A DNA stretch of 63,063 nucleotides, the filler included, from Octopus bimaculoides (Eukaryota): NCBI RefSeq assembly GCF_001194135.2. It is 5 parts of 5 records of this genome, joined end to end, with 100 filler letters (N's around TTAATTAATTAA, not from the genome) between each part and the next. Parts side by side here need not be neighbours in the genome. Positions count along the whole stretch, not along the records: positions 1 to 26,695 come from NC_068991.1; 4 more parts are not named here. One strand, given 5' to 3'. The translations under genes and the position numbers were made by a program. Numbering within the stretch: position 1 is the stretch's first letter; every line of letters begins with the position of its first letter. Below, piece after piece: positions 13,601 to 26,481 of the stretch. Below the pieces are notes generated by a model that saw only the letters and a program-made list of their open reading frames with translations, was not told the origin of the DNA and ran no database searches.

Positions 13601-15008
13601 TGAATTTCACTTCCAGTTCAAAGTTCTTGAGACATCCCAATTCTTGCTTGAAAAGATCTGGGAATTCATCACACATCTTGTGACAATCTTGTTGCAGGGA
13701 AACATAGGGCTCACTTGAGGTCTTTGGATATATCACTTCTGCACCTTCCCTCTTGGCTTGGCTGTCTATGCTTTTCAAACCCAGAGCAGTGTCCACGGAA
13801 ATTCCCAGAGTCTGGATAGCATTTCGTCCCAGCAAATTAAGATCAGAGATCTTGGTGACGATGTATGGTATTAGATTCTGCTTGTCGGTTGTTGGATCCT
13901 TGGTTTGGCCCACGAAAGTTCCAAGAACAGGCAGGTCGTGCTTGCTGGCAGATTCATAGCGATGCTTGACATCTTGCAGCTTTGGTTTTCCTAGTTGTTT
14001 CCAGACTGACAAGGAAACAAAATTGCCTGTAGTGGCAGTGTCCAATTCCATTGTGAACAGTCTGTTCTGGATTGTTATTGGCACAATCAAACTATGAGTA
14101 TCTCGGGAAACTTCGCCTAGGATCGCCTTGACTAGCTCAGCTTTTGTGATTCTTTTCACGGAAGTTTGTGAGTGGTCATTGCGTTGCTGATGTTGTTTTT
14201 TTCTACACACCGCTTGAAAATGTCCCTTTTTGTCACAAAAATGACATTTGGATTCTTTGAAAGGACAGTCTGTCACTTCGTGGGCCTTTCCACATCGGTA
14301 GCATTTCTCCTGGTTTGTGGAATAAGACTGCTGATGGTTCTTTTGAGGACTCTTATTCTTGTTCTGTTGGACCTTGTAGACTTGCTTGGTTTTGGAACCG
14401 TAGACAGTTTCTTTTGCAACCTTTGCTGCGTCTTCAGTCTCGATGGCAACTTGGACAGCACGGGCAAAATCTAGTTCTGTNNNNNNNNNNGTTTCGCCTG
14501 GCTTCCGTTGCATATCACTCCAAAACTTGAAACGCTCTCTCACAATGAAAAGTTTTGGGTCGAACTGTTCCTTCATGAAGTCAACGATTTCGTCCATTGT
14601 CAAGTTGTTGATATCTTTAGGCAGATTTTACTGAGTAGCCAGATTAGCAAGTTGCTTGTAAATAGTAGCGGTCTGATTGGTCAGGAACACTTGTGCCATG
14701 CGTTGTTCAGGTACAGCATTAGCAGCCACAAACGTGCGGAATCTTGACCAGTAATTAGGCCATAGTTCTGTCGTTGAATCAAATGCAGCAAATGGTGGAA
14801 TCGACACTGTTGTCGAAGCAGCTGAAAAATAGCCACTGTAATCGCCTTCAACTTGTCGGGCACCAAACAGTCTTAACAGAGTGTCCATATCTCTCTTATG
14901 TTGCTGCATTTGCTGTTCCATTTGTTCCCTAAACAACTTTATCAGCTCTACTGTCTGTTTTTCCGCCATGTTATTAAGATGAACAATTTAACGGCAAAGT
15001 ATGCCTGT

Positions 15009-15027
15009 AATCCTATCGGCGACGCCA
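15009..15027 (-). promoter_or_regulatory. Primer-binding site TGGCGTCGCCGATAGGATT (tRNA-Ser-like)
   Basis: Begins with TGG 8 nt inside the 5' LTR and resembles the complement of tRNA-Ser 3' ends. The tRNA identity is inferred. Confidence 0.6.
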
Positions 15028-15035
15028 CTAAACTC

Positions 15036-15302
15036 TGTTGTATTCCTCTCGGGGGACTCGCAGAGAAAACACAACGAGTTGTACTATTTAGTTATCACAT
15101 TCATTTATTAACTATAAACAAAGAATTCACTCACCGAATTGTTAGTTATCAAGAAACAAGAATGTTGTCCTCGCCATATATCTCAATAACCTTCAACCTC
15201 GATAGTCACACAAAACAACAACAAAACAGGGACCTCAGATGAACTATATTGAAATATGGGACTTCAGACGAACCACAAACAAATCTAACAGTCCATATAA
15301 CA
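15036..15302 (-). repeat. 5' LTR (267 bp) of the Gypsy element
   Basis: Direct repeat of 10423-10676; followed on the minus strand by a PBS-like sequence. Confidence 0.95.
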
Positions 15303-17039
15303 CTAGATAAACCTGTCTCATAGCTTCCCTTCTGGCAGTCTGGTACCATTCCCTGCTACCATCATTCTTCCAGTCCTTCCAAGTCTGTTTCTTTTCCCTT
15401 GTCAACAACATTGTTCCACCACCACACTATCTTGGGTCGAGAGGGGACTTTGTACCATCCAAAGATCTGGTCCGTGGCCCTCAGCAAGTTGTCCCGTAGA
15501 AACGTCCAGTTGTCTTCCACATCATGTGATGTTATATCCCCCTCCATTTCGTCAGAAGCTTTGAGTAATACGTCTCTGAATCTCTGTCCATTTGCAGAAT
15601 CTTTAAGCTTCCAAACCCTTCTCCTCCAAGCTGGTCAACTTCTGGGCATCCATTTAGTCCTGATCCTGAAGTCGCTAACTTTAAAATTCTATCTACTACT
15701 AATATGCTATTCCTAACACTGGTATTGCTGTTTCTATGTTGTGGGGTACATTCTTCGCCTGGGAATGTTTTGGCATTTATAAGTAGCTATCTTTCTCTTT
15801 TCCTGGTAAGGAAGTAGTCAATTTGACTAGTGTGACTACCAGATTGGTAGGTGACTAGGTGGCTGGTAGGTTTCCTGAAGTTAGTATTGCAAACCATGAG
15901 GTCATTTACATCACAGAACTCTAACAGCCTGGTTCCCTCCTCATTGCAGGAATCAAAACCATAGCCTCCATGTATGCCATGGAAGCCTCCTGCATAGTGT
16001 CCAACATGTCCATTGAAATCACCAGCCACAAAGAGAAGGTCCCTGTCATTTGTCGATGAGGTAATCAGCAAGAGAATGTCATAAAATCGGTCTCTCTGTC
16101 CATCAGGTAACCCCAGCTGAGGGGCATAAGCTGAGATAATGGTTGCTAAGCCATGATGAAGCACTAATCTAATCTTAAGTATTCTGTCGCAGACTCTGGC
16201 TACCTCGATTACCTTATCAACCCATTTCTCTGCAAGAAGCATACTCGCGCCCCCAACCCCATCAGTGTTCCCTGCTGAGAAGATCTTGTATTTATGTTCT
16301 TTGCCTGTGAGGAACCTAGCAGAACTTCCTCTCCATCTTACTTCTTGGATGCAGCACAAATCTACACGTCTCCATTCAAGCATCTCAACGATCTCACCAG
16401 ACCTACCTTTCAGTGTGCCCACGTTGCGTGTGCCAACTCTGAGGGTGTGGGAGGTGTGGACCCATGTGACCCTGGGATGGGGGACAGCAGCATCATGTAC
16501 CTGAAAAAGAAGCTTGCATTTGGCAGAATTCATAAACAAACAACAGCCTTCAACCTGCATACACTGCACCATCATTTTTATGTGCTATATGATCACAACC
16601 TTACATAGGAGATAGACCCTAAGTAGGGGTGGGGATGGCATTAAGCCTTTAGAAGTGTTCATGGGAGACAACCGAAGGATGTGAGAGGATAAGGACTTCC
16701 AGAACTGGTGGTGAGGGTGGGAGGGTGTTATCACCGTGAAACAGCAATACCGGTGTTAGGAATAGCATATTAATAGGAGATAGAATTTTAAAATCTTAGA
16801 ATATTCGGTCAGCCAATCTGTGACAAAATTAGAGAAATGACTAATTGACAATGTGACAAAAGTAAATAGATGAATGAATGAGTGACGATAGGGTATTTGT
16901 ATGAACTTAAGTTTGTTTTTAAGATGGATGACGAAAACTATGTTTACAGAACTAAGAGGGGATTATGATCTGCACTGAAATAGAGGTGATAGATGTCCTG
17001 AGTTGAAAAAAGACAAGATTCCTTTATAGTAGGTGTGTC

Positions 17040-17262
17040 TTTGTGCATGTGTTTGTCTCCCACCATCACTTGACAACCAATGTTGGTGTATTTACATCCC
17101 TGTAACTTAGCAGTTCAGTAAAAGAGACTGATAGAATAAGTACCAGGCTTCACAAAAAAATAATAAGTACTGGGGTTGATAAGTTCAACTAAAATTCTTC
17201 AAGGCAGTGCCCCAGCATGGCCACAATCTACTGTCTGAAACAGGTAAAAGATAAAGGATAAA
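17040..17262 (+). mobile_element. SINE-like interspersed repeat; related copies at ~3560-3660, 24830-25020, 25680-25830(-), 27430-27600(-), 53920-54110, 56460-56620(-)
   Basis: Shared blocks GTAACTTAGC.GTTC.GC.AAAGAGAC.GATAGAATAAGTACCAGG and GCCCCAGCATGGCC recur across the window. Confidence 0.8.
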
Positions 17263-17284
17263 ACATATATACATTTGTATGTAT

Positions 17285-17650
17285 GATAATATTGGAGCAC
17301 TGGGATAAGTAACACACTGCCTAAATACCAATCTTGAGAAATTAGACTTCTTAAAATCAGAAAGGGGAAAGCTAATTCAAAGACTACAGATCCAAGCCAT
17401 CATTGGAACTGTTAAAATATGTAAAACTTTCCAGAAGTTTATCATTTAAGTATGTATGAGCATGTCTAGATTTGCAAGTACATGTATGAGAAGACATACA
17501 TAAAACAAAACATACAAATCTGCACATATACATACATACAAGAATACCCTGTTGTTGATGTTGAAATTCCAATGAAGGAGCCTTGGATCTAGGTTGGAAA
17601 CCAACTTTCTCTATTGGCAAGAAATCTTCAAATAAAACTGAATAATAACA
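17285..17650 (+). mobile_element. 3' end of an R4/Dong-like RLE LINE (same family as 35991-37407)
   Basis: IGALG...LIQRLQIQAIIGTVKICKTFQKF; the 3' UTR matches the reverse complement of 35991-36330. Confidence 0.8.
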
Positions 17651-18619
17651 CACATACATACATTATATGCATACATACATTGTGTGTGCCCAAGATGCTA
17701 AGTGCCATACAGTAGGACTGAACTCAAAACTACATAGTTGAGAAGTGACTTTCTTAACCACATAGCCATAAGTCATACCTATATGTGTGTGTATATGCAC
17801 AAGAGACAAATGCACAGGTACAAATACTTGATGTAAATGGATAATGATACATATTAATTGAAAAATTACCATGACCTAATGGTGAAGACACTTATGAGTA
17901 GAAGTAGAGTGTCAACAAAATGGAACTTGAATTATGTTAGCTTCACTAGACTTGAGAACATTAAGCATCATAAAGGAAATGAAGCAAGGGTCAAATAAAT
18001 GGAACTATATTCTATTGTAGATTCATCAAATGCATGACAATATTAGAAAAGCAGCAAGCTGGCAGAATTGTTACTGTGCTGGAAAAATGCTGAGCAGCAT
18101 TTTTCCTGACTTTACATTCTGAGTTCAAATTCCACTGAGGTTGACTTTGTCTTTCATCCTTTCAGGGTTGATAAAATAACACCAGTTGAGCACTGGTGTT
18201 GATATAATCAACTTACCCCATCTCTCAAATTTGCTGGCCTTGTGCCAAAATTTGAAACCAATATTAGAAAATGGAAGTTAGAACAACATTAATGATAGTG
18301 ATTATAACAACAATGATGACAATGATGAAGAGAACACCAACACTGCTGCTGCCTGTAATAATTTGCTACAAATGAGTTTCAATCAAGAAGACCTGTGATC
18401 AACAGCATTCCATTTCATGATCAAAACATCTTCAACTATAGTGCATTGACAATTACATAATCCAATGAATTATTTTTCTAAGATGGTAGAGTATGTTTCA
18501 AGGAAGATTTTGTGGTTATATTTAACAAGCAAGTGACTACTATGTGTTAATAGTATTGGCACAGGTAATGATGATGATGTAAAGTAAATAGTTAATTGTA
18601 AGTTACAAAGTAAACTTAC

Positions 18620-18857
18620 CTTTAACATATGTGGTTTGATATTTTTGTATACATGTGCCTGTCCAATTCTAAATAATATATTATTTAGAAATTGTGAGTC
18701 ATCCAAACTCTCTACAGCAGCTTCAAGACCTCGCATCACTGTTATTCCATGTCTTTGTAACATATCATTATCCACATCCCATTCCAATTCATTCTTTTCA
18801 CTAATTCGAATGATTTTCGGGAAAAAGGTTTTCAACTCCTGGTCGGTTTCAAAGAAA
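18620..18857 (-). CDS. Globin, central exon (B12 to G6): FFETDQELKTFF(CD1)PKIIRISEKNELEWDVDNDMLQRH(E7)GITV(E11)MRGLEAAVESLDDSQFLNNILFRIGQAH(F8)VYKNIKPHMLK
   Basis: Acceptor TTTCAG (18858-18860) with a TACTAA branch-like motif upstream; donor AAG|GTAAGT (18614-18619). Length 238 nt = 1 + 79 codons. Intron positions map exactly to the conserved metazoan B12.2 and G7.0 sites. CD1 Phe, E7 His, E11 Val and F8 His are present. Confidence 0.93.
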
Positions 18858-20019
18858 CTGAAATTCAAATATTTAGTAAGAGATAATAATGGATAAATAT
18901 CTGTAGAGACAGTAAGAAATGGATATTAATATCTATAATTCTATTTGGGCATTAATTTCAGAATCTTATAAAACCATTCCAATGTCCCAAAATAAGTGAT
19001 AATAGATGAGAAATATCTTCACAAGAATTCTGAAAGTCAATATTTAGGAAAGTATTTCCAGTAAATCTAAGAGGCTCTAGTATTTAAATTTCCTCCTAGG
19101 TAGAATGTCAGTATATAGTATCATTACCAGGTGATCTATAAAATATTCAGTTCTGGTTGGATTAGGTGAAGTTTTTAGAATTAGGTATGCTACAAAACAA
19201 CAAGTGAAACAAATGTAAATTTTAACTCCAAACCTATATGTCACTAGCTCTATATCATACCCATTCTGCCTCATCACTTGTACACGTAAGCTTAACTTCT
19301 GATTTGTTATCAACAAGAAGATACACAATAAATATATCGTAGATAAATTTTCAAGAGGTTTTGGTTATGTTCCCAGTAGTAAAGTGAAGAGTATATCACC
19401 TAAATGCTTCACCTGGAGACAGCATAATTCTTGCAGTAGATATGAATTCACAGTCTATATGATGGAAGGTAAATACCTTATCTACTTGGCCATTTTGTTT
19501 CTAGAAAAGTAAGCATTAGTAATAGGCTCTGATGAATCCACACCAGACATCAAAGACTATATCTAAAGCTTTTACCTGACTGATTGGTATGAAGTTCATC
19601 ATCTACACATTCCAATCTCTGGTCCACAAATGTACTCAGCCTTTTCTATTGCAACTTCAATGATTTCTGCTCCTCAAAATAGCTGATCTTGTTGGAACTG
19701 ATCTTACTTCTAGTCAGGTATTCCTAACTCACTTTTCTCTCTTCCTCCTATCTGCACCCATAGTTTGTCCACCCACTGGACCTTCACTAACTTCCCCACA
19801 GCTTTCAACTTGCAACTATTCAAAAGAAACATTAGCTCCATCAATCTCACTGATCTCAGAAGTGCCTACTTCCAGACTAAACTAATAAAAAATAAGTTGC
19901 ACAAACTGGGTAACGTCAACATTTTGTTCATTTCTTATTGAAAAAAAGGTTATCAAGCAATCCAGATAGAGTGGATGTTTACCACTGATCATGTCAAATT
20001 AATCTTTTGTTACTACGTC

Positions 20020-20712
20020 ATCATTGTCATCATTGTTTAATTTATGTTTTCCATGCTGGCATGAGTTGGATGGTTTGACATGGAGCTGGCCAGACTCTAA
20101 TTGTCTGTTGTGGCATGGTTTCTATGGCTGGATGCCCTTCCTAACACCAATTACTTTACAGAGTGTGCTGGGTGCTTTTTCTATGCCACCAACACAGATG
20201 CATTTACACAGCACTAGCATAGGTGCATTTTATGTGGCATTGGCACCTGCAAAGGACAAGCCTGTATGTATGGAAGACAGCGACTTTACTTAGCTTGACA
20301 CGGCTTCTCAAGTACAGCAAATCATCATAACTCCCGGTCCCTTGTCATTTCCTTTCTCACTACTTTGCCCCATGTCTTCCTGGGTCTACCCCTTCCACAG
20401 GTTTCCACCACAATTAGAACTCAGCACTTCTTTATACAGCTGTCCCCATCCATCTGCATCACATGACGAAATCAGCACAATCTTCTCTCTTGCATATAAC
20501 ATCTGATTACTCTTATAAATACCCATTTTCCTCTTAAATTATTTACACTCTGTCATGCATGCACACTAATATTACCCATCCAGTGGAGCATGCTAGCTTC
20601 ATTTCTTTCAAGCCTTCGCAAGTCTTCCGTGGTCAAAGCCCATGTTTCACTGCCATGTAACATAGCTGTGTGTATACAGGCATCATACAACCTGCCTTTC
20701 ACTCTGAGAGAG
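20020..20712 (-). mobile_element. RTE 3' fragment and tail
   Basis: Matches the 3' coding end and UTR of the 8098-9100 copy (GRLYDAC..TAMLHGSETWA). Confidence 0.8.
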
Positions 20713-22959
20713 AGGATGCACAAACTATTACAGCATTGAAAAAGTGAAAGATATGGTACCTGAGATATTAACCTGACAAAGTAGTGTGCTGTATTTCAGT
20801 AGTAAGTGAAACATGAGCACTCAATTAGAATTAATTTTATCGCAGAATCTCTAAATTTCAAACCTAGATCAGTAATAGTAGTAGTCGTTGCTATTGATGT
20901 AGAGTACCCCAGTGAGCATGATGATCCTTATACTGTCCTTATCTCTGATCCTTATACTGTCAATTTTTGTTTTCTTTGAGATACTTTCTGTACTTAGTAA
21001 ACTCACTGTGACTCATATCTATAGGCACTCTTTAATTCCTTCTTAGGTTAGACATCTTCCTCTAAGTACACATAACTTTTATCAACAAAAATTTCAAAAT
21101 CATTCCAACAACCTAATCTTATTTAACAGCAACAAGAGATACTGAACATGTTGTCAAGGACATCTACATCTCCATGTTCTCCTCATTCATGATACTACAC
21201 AGCTAAATAAAACCTTTCACAGTTTCTACAAATGCTTGACCTCAGACTCCTCACAGTCAGTATAGCCACATTGTCAATATTTGTCAATATAGCCACATTA
21301 CTGATATGATATTGTCATTTAATATAACATAGAATCAGCACTTGAAAAGAGAAGATTAGCAAGAGAAAGACAGAGAAAATGAAGATCTGATTTTAGTCAA
21401 GGACAATTAGAAGCTACAGGAAGCAGATCTTAGATGCCAAAATGAAAAGAAAGAGTAAGCAATTGCTAAAAAAGATAATATAAGGCACGGGAAACAGGAA
21501 CAATGAGATTGAGAAGATGAAGATCAGTGCACCAACAGAAGATAACACAATGCTGAAAGAATGAAAGTCGTTGGTCATCAAAAACATGTTACATAGAAAG
21601 AGTTTATAATTCAACATACGAGGAAAATGTTGAACAAAATTATTGTGGAGATATGAATTTCCTGTGTCATATTTGCATTACCAAACATTTTCTGTCTGAA
21701 CAACCTTCTGATAACTACCCCAATAACATTGTAACATGATTTTTTCTCTTTGGGTAACAACTGTTATTTCCTATTTGTTTGCCCTTAGAAAGTATGAAAA
21801 ATGGCTATTTCCTTCAAACTTTACTTTTGTTAGATTTATTCAAACTGTAAAGAATCTCTCTCAGCACATGGCTATGATGTTCCTCCACTACTCTTGCTCA
21901 TGATCAGAAATGCACATATTGTCAGCCACTAAAGGACATGCTCAAGTGGTTATGGTCAAGCAACTGACAAGCAAATCTGTGGTATTGAGCAGAATATTTT
22001 ACTTCAGTAACACAGCACTGAATCTGTCTGAAATGTAATGGAAAATAGGTCAGTTTCAAAACATTGATATTCCAATCACAAAAGCAAAGTTAGAAGTAAT
22101 TTTCTTTGATTTTGAGATAGAAGCAAATATTTCATACTGATTATCTGACCTACCCTCATGAATTTTTATGCCAAAATAAAGTGAAAACCTTCCTCTTGAT
22201 GACAGTATAATTTTTAACACAACTCAAGTTATAATGCTCAAGCACATTGAATTGGAATGAGGGCTACCATTCAGCAGTCCAAAAAGAAAAAAAAAGAAAA
22301 CGGACAAACTTTATAAATGTGTGAAAATACCAGGGTGTTTGAGGGACCTTAACAGAATATATAACTGTCAGATTTTAATTAAAACAATATGAGAAGAAAG
22401 TTCATATCCAGAACTTTCAAATAATATATAATTTTCTTTGGAAAATATTTATTTTGACACGGAAATGATGAAGCAAACAGTGTCTTTTGGCATGTTGAAA
22501 CTGTGCTTATCTACATTGTCCATTGTACAGCATTCTATAGTGATACCTACTTGAAGCATTGCTGTTACTTCTGTCTCACATACATCGGAGTTTATCATAT
22601 ATGCCTGGGCAAGTTGGCAAGCTTCAGGGTCTCAACAGTTACAACTGGGAGTGGGCTCTTGGTGATGTTTACAAGTGATAAAGTTCTCCACATTGGGATG
22701 CAAGCTAGAGGTCTTCCTGAAATTGTGATTTATTGGGAAATACCAATCTAAGAGAGGATTTTCATGCCTACATTAGTTTTAACGTCAAGGAAGAAGGGGA
22801 GAGAACCAAATTATTTTCTTAGGTATCTTTTTATGATTCATAGTTTTACTTGAAAAATTGCAATATACCTTATCTCTAAAAGCTATTAGCTCTTATCAAG
22901 TATCTCTTTAGAAGAAGAGAGATTTGATATCCCATTACTAACGTTAACTATCAGGTTTT

Positions 22960-23225
22960 AAACACTGTTGGGTGGGTGACAGAACTGTTTTCTTATGTAG
23001 GAGAGTTTCTCGTTTCGCTTATGGTACAATTTATGAGAGCGGAAGTTTAGATCAACGGAAACATCTAATATATCAACTTTTGACAGATTAGTCATAACAG
23101 TGATTTTGAGGCCTAATTGACTAAAGACATTCATGAGTTTTATCCTAAATCTATCAAGAGTATGACTATCACAGTAACAAGATATTTCCAACCCATCATC
23201 TCGGTACAGACCAACAGTGTGAAAT
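22960..23225 (-). mobile_element. Penelope-like RT fragment
   Basis: GLYRDDGL...GLKITVMTNLSKVDILDVSVDL...HPP, similar to the element at 48060-50150. Confidence 0.75.
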
Positions 23226-23271
23226 GGGAACTAGGATTTCAGTGTATATAGTATAAAGAGACACATATTCA

Positions 23272-23332
<61 letters not shown>

Positions 23333-25571
23333 NNNNNNNNNNNNNNNNNNNNNNNNNNNNNNNNNNNNNNNNNNNNNNNNNNNNNNNNNNNNNNNNNNNN
23401 NNNNNNNNNNNNNNNNNNNNNNNNNNNNNNNNNNNNNNNNNNNNNNNNNNNNNNNNNNNNNNNNNNNNNNNNNNNNNNNNNNNNNNNNNNNNNNNNNNNN
23501 NNNNNNNNNNNNNNNNNNNNNNNNNNNNNNNNNNNNNNNNNNNNNNNNNNNNNNNNNNNNNNNNNNNNNNNNNNNNNNNNNNNNNNNNNNNNNNNNNNNN
23601 NNNNNNNNNNNNNNNNNNNNNNNNNNNNNNNNNNNNNNNNNNNNNNNNNNNNNNNNNNNNNNNNNNNNNNNNNNNNNNNNNNNNNNNNNNNNNNNNNNNN
23701 NNNNNNNNNNNNNNNNNNNNNNNNNNNNNNNNNNNNNNNNNNNNNNNNNNNNNNNNNCGTAGTTTTCAGGGAGATTCAGCCTCACACACAATATGACAAG
23801 GCTGGCCCCTTTCAATTACCAACACAATGGAATAGTAATTATTTTATCTTAGCTTTCCCTAAACGCACGACATTTTTGCCTTATGATATAGAACATTTCC
23901 TTTTCTTTCACTCTTTTTAAAAAATGGCACTGTGTTGGTTACAATGATGAAGTTCCTGTTTATCTGACCAATGGAACAGTCTGCTCATAAAATTAACGCG
24001 CAAGTGGCTGAGTACTCCACAGATATGCATACCATAAGGTAGTTCTCTGGGAGATTCAGCCTCACACAGAATGTGACAAGGCTGGCCACTTTGAATTATA
24101 GCTACAACTAATTTTTGCCAACTGAGTGAACTACAGCAAGGTGAAGTAGAGTACCTTGCTCAAGAACACAGCGCGCCACCAGGAATCATATTGATGACTT
24201 TAAGACCGTGGGCCAAATACCCCTAACCACTGAGCCATGTACCTTCACACTCTTAACCGTAGAGAAAAGGAGTGAAGCGAGAGAGATAGGAAAGCATCAG
24301 TCATTTACAATGACAATTAGACTGAAATACGATTAATCTTTTCTAGCTTCTTTACTTTTAACAATGAAGAAGAGGGAAAGACATTTTGTAATGAATAGAG
24401 GGAAAGCCTTTCAGATGTTTACGCTTTTATTCTGGGAGTTTTAGAACGATTGAGTGTTAGTTCTCTCTTCTTTCCCCCACCCCCCAGTACTTATTCACTT
24501 TCTTTCATAAGTCTTCATGTCTTTTAGTTGGGGGAAAAGATCATATTTTTTTGCAGGCATGTTTAACATTTTCTCTACAAACTACAAACAAGCCTGCTTC
24601 CCTTCCTATTTTTTTTCATACAAAACTAATGCAAATTTCGAATGGGATATAACTGTGAAAAGAGTGCAGAAAAATGAGTAACACCCCCTACAAAATGGGT
24701 GGGAGAGAAAAGTTGCCAACAGCAATTCAACTCTATATTTTAAAGAGTGTCTTCTACTATAGCCTTGGACCAACCGAAGCCTTGTGAGTGAATTTGGTAG
24801 ATGGAAACTGAAAGAAGCCCGTCATGTGTGTGTTTGTGTGTTTTTTCCCACACCACCATTGCTTGATAACTGATGGTGTGTTTGCACCATGTAACTTAGC
24901 TGTTCAGCAGAAGTGACTGATAGAATAAGCACCAGGCTTACAAGGAATAAGTCCAAGGGTCGATTTCTTCAACTAAGAAAGTATGGCCACCATCAAATGA
25001 CTGAAACAAGTAAAAGAAGAAAAAGAATACCAGAAAAACATTCCGTACCACTAAACTAAGAAGGTTTTTTTAATATGTACGATGTATTTTAAGGCTTAAT
25101 AGTAATTCTGTTTACATTAGCATAACTGAGATATTTTGGTTGGATTATATAGTTAGCGGTTTTACATTTCTTTCCATATTCTGTAAGTGCCACAATATAG
25201 AAACATTTCTCATGGCACCAGCACACAATTTACAGATGCTTACATTTTTTATATTTCCCGTGAATTTTTCATGGGTCAATTTTGTATATATATATATATA
25301 TATNNNNNNNNNNNNNNNNNNNNNNNNNNNNNNNNNNNNNNNNNNNNNNNNNNNNNNNNNNNNNNNNNNNNNNNNNNNNNNNNNNNNNNNNNNNNNNNNN
25401 NNNNNNNNNNNNNNNNNNNNNNNNNNNNNNNNNNNNNNNNNNNNNNNNNNNNNNNNNNNNNNNNNNNNNNNNNNNNNNNNNNNNNNNNNNNNNNNNNNNN
25501 NNNNNNNNNNNNNNNNNNNNNNNNNNNNNNNNNNNNNNNNNNNNNNNNNNNNNNNNNNNNNNNNNNNTATA

Positions 25572-25608
<37 letters not shown>

Positions 25609-26069
25609 AATACTAGCAGAGATACCCAGTGCTCCTTGGGGTTAAATAGCATAGTTTTTTTATTGTTTTAATTGTTTCGGTCAGATGACTGCAGCCATAA
25701 TGGAACACCGATTTTAGTTGAAAATATTTGACCCCAGGATTTATTCTTTGTAAGCTTAGTATTTATTCTATCGGTGTGTTTTGCGAAACGGCTAAGTTAC
25801 GGGGATGTAAACACAGCAACATCGGTTGTCAAGCGATGGTGGGAGTACAGATACACACGTGAACACACACACACACACATATATATGCATACATATATAT
25901 TACCTCGATATATATATGTATATACATATATATATCGAGGTAATGAAAGCTCCAGGTTCAATAATGATACGAATGAGAAGACCAACGCAGGTCATATATA
26001 TAAAAAATTAACAGAATGAGATAAAAAGTCCAAGGATATGAAAGATTTCAGAACATTTATAAAGAGAAG

Positions 26070-26116
26070 GTCTTACAGCTGTTTCCGGGATATTTTATAT
26101 ATCCATTCGTCAGAGA
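26070..26116 (-). ncRNA. Minimal type I hammerhead ribozyme motif
   Basis: ATCT-CTGACGA-A-TGGATAT-ATAAA-ATATCC-CG-GAAA-C-AGCT-G-TA-AGAC. Core intact; helix III is 2 bp with a palindromic loop; one helix II and one helix I mismatch. Confidence 0.72.
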
Positions 26117-26481
26117 TGGTGCGAGAAAATGGTTAAGTAATAGTTATTATAGAGAAGATATGAAATACAGAGTGAAGTGGAGGAAGGAAAACAGATGTGA
26201 GATATGTAAGGATATTGTATTTGCAGTTCCATCATTTGAGCAGAATGATGTATATATAAGTTTCCTGTACTTTGTGTGTGGGTTCCAGTGTTGACCAATT
26301 ATAAGCAACATTGGAATCCACACACAAGGTACAGGAAACTTATATATACACGATTCTGCTCATATAAGGGAACTGAAAATACAATATCCTTACATATCTC
26401 ACATCTGTTTTCCTGCCTCCACTTCACTCTGTATTTCATATCTTCGCTATAATAGCTATTGCTTAACCATTTTCTCACACA

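Larger units (their letters stand above)
10423..15302 (-). mobile_element. Full-length Gypsy LTR retrotransposon (Mag-like), inactivated
   Basis: TG...CA LTRs at 10423-10676 and 15036-15302; 5-bp TSD CTAGA (10418-10422 and 15303-15307). PPT AGTGGGGAGG at 10677-10686. Single gag-pol from 14969 with two CCHC knuckles, PR (LDTA), RT (FQDD), RNase H and integrase. In-frame stop at 14628-14630 and a frameshift near 12924. Confidence 0.96.
8098..16738 (-). mobile_element. Near full-length RTE LINE (APE endonuclease ~15740-16450; RT ~8600-10330; 3' UTR 8098-8600), interrupted by a Gypsy element; lies in globin intron 2
   Basis: LRVGTRNVGTL...VDLCCIQEVRW...AGDFNGHVG...SQIDYFL (APE) and GVHQGSVLSPLLF...LLYADDLAL (RT). 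The frame is continuous across the Gypsy insertion. The 5' end is approximate. Confidence 0.92.

Noticed and set aside
18858-18903. Alternative globin acceptor TCTCTACAG at 18901-18903
   Set aside because: It would need a phase-1 junction and add 15 non-globin residues. The 18858 acceptor gives the exact B12.2 position.
21414-21617. Hydrophobic minus-strand ORF that looks like a membrane protein
   Set aside because: It is the reverse complement of an AG-rich stretch, with no splice context or recognisable motif.
20990-22730. Several candidate globin first exons (donor-like sites near 21000, 21140, 21615, 22150, 22545, 22590)
   Set aside because: None gives an A/B-helix-like peptide together with a phase-2 donor.
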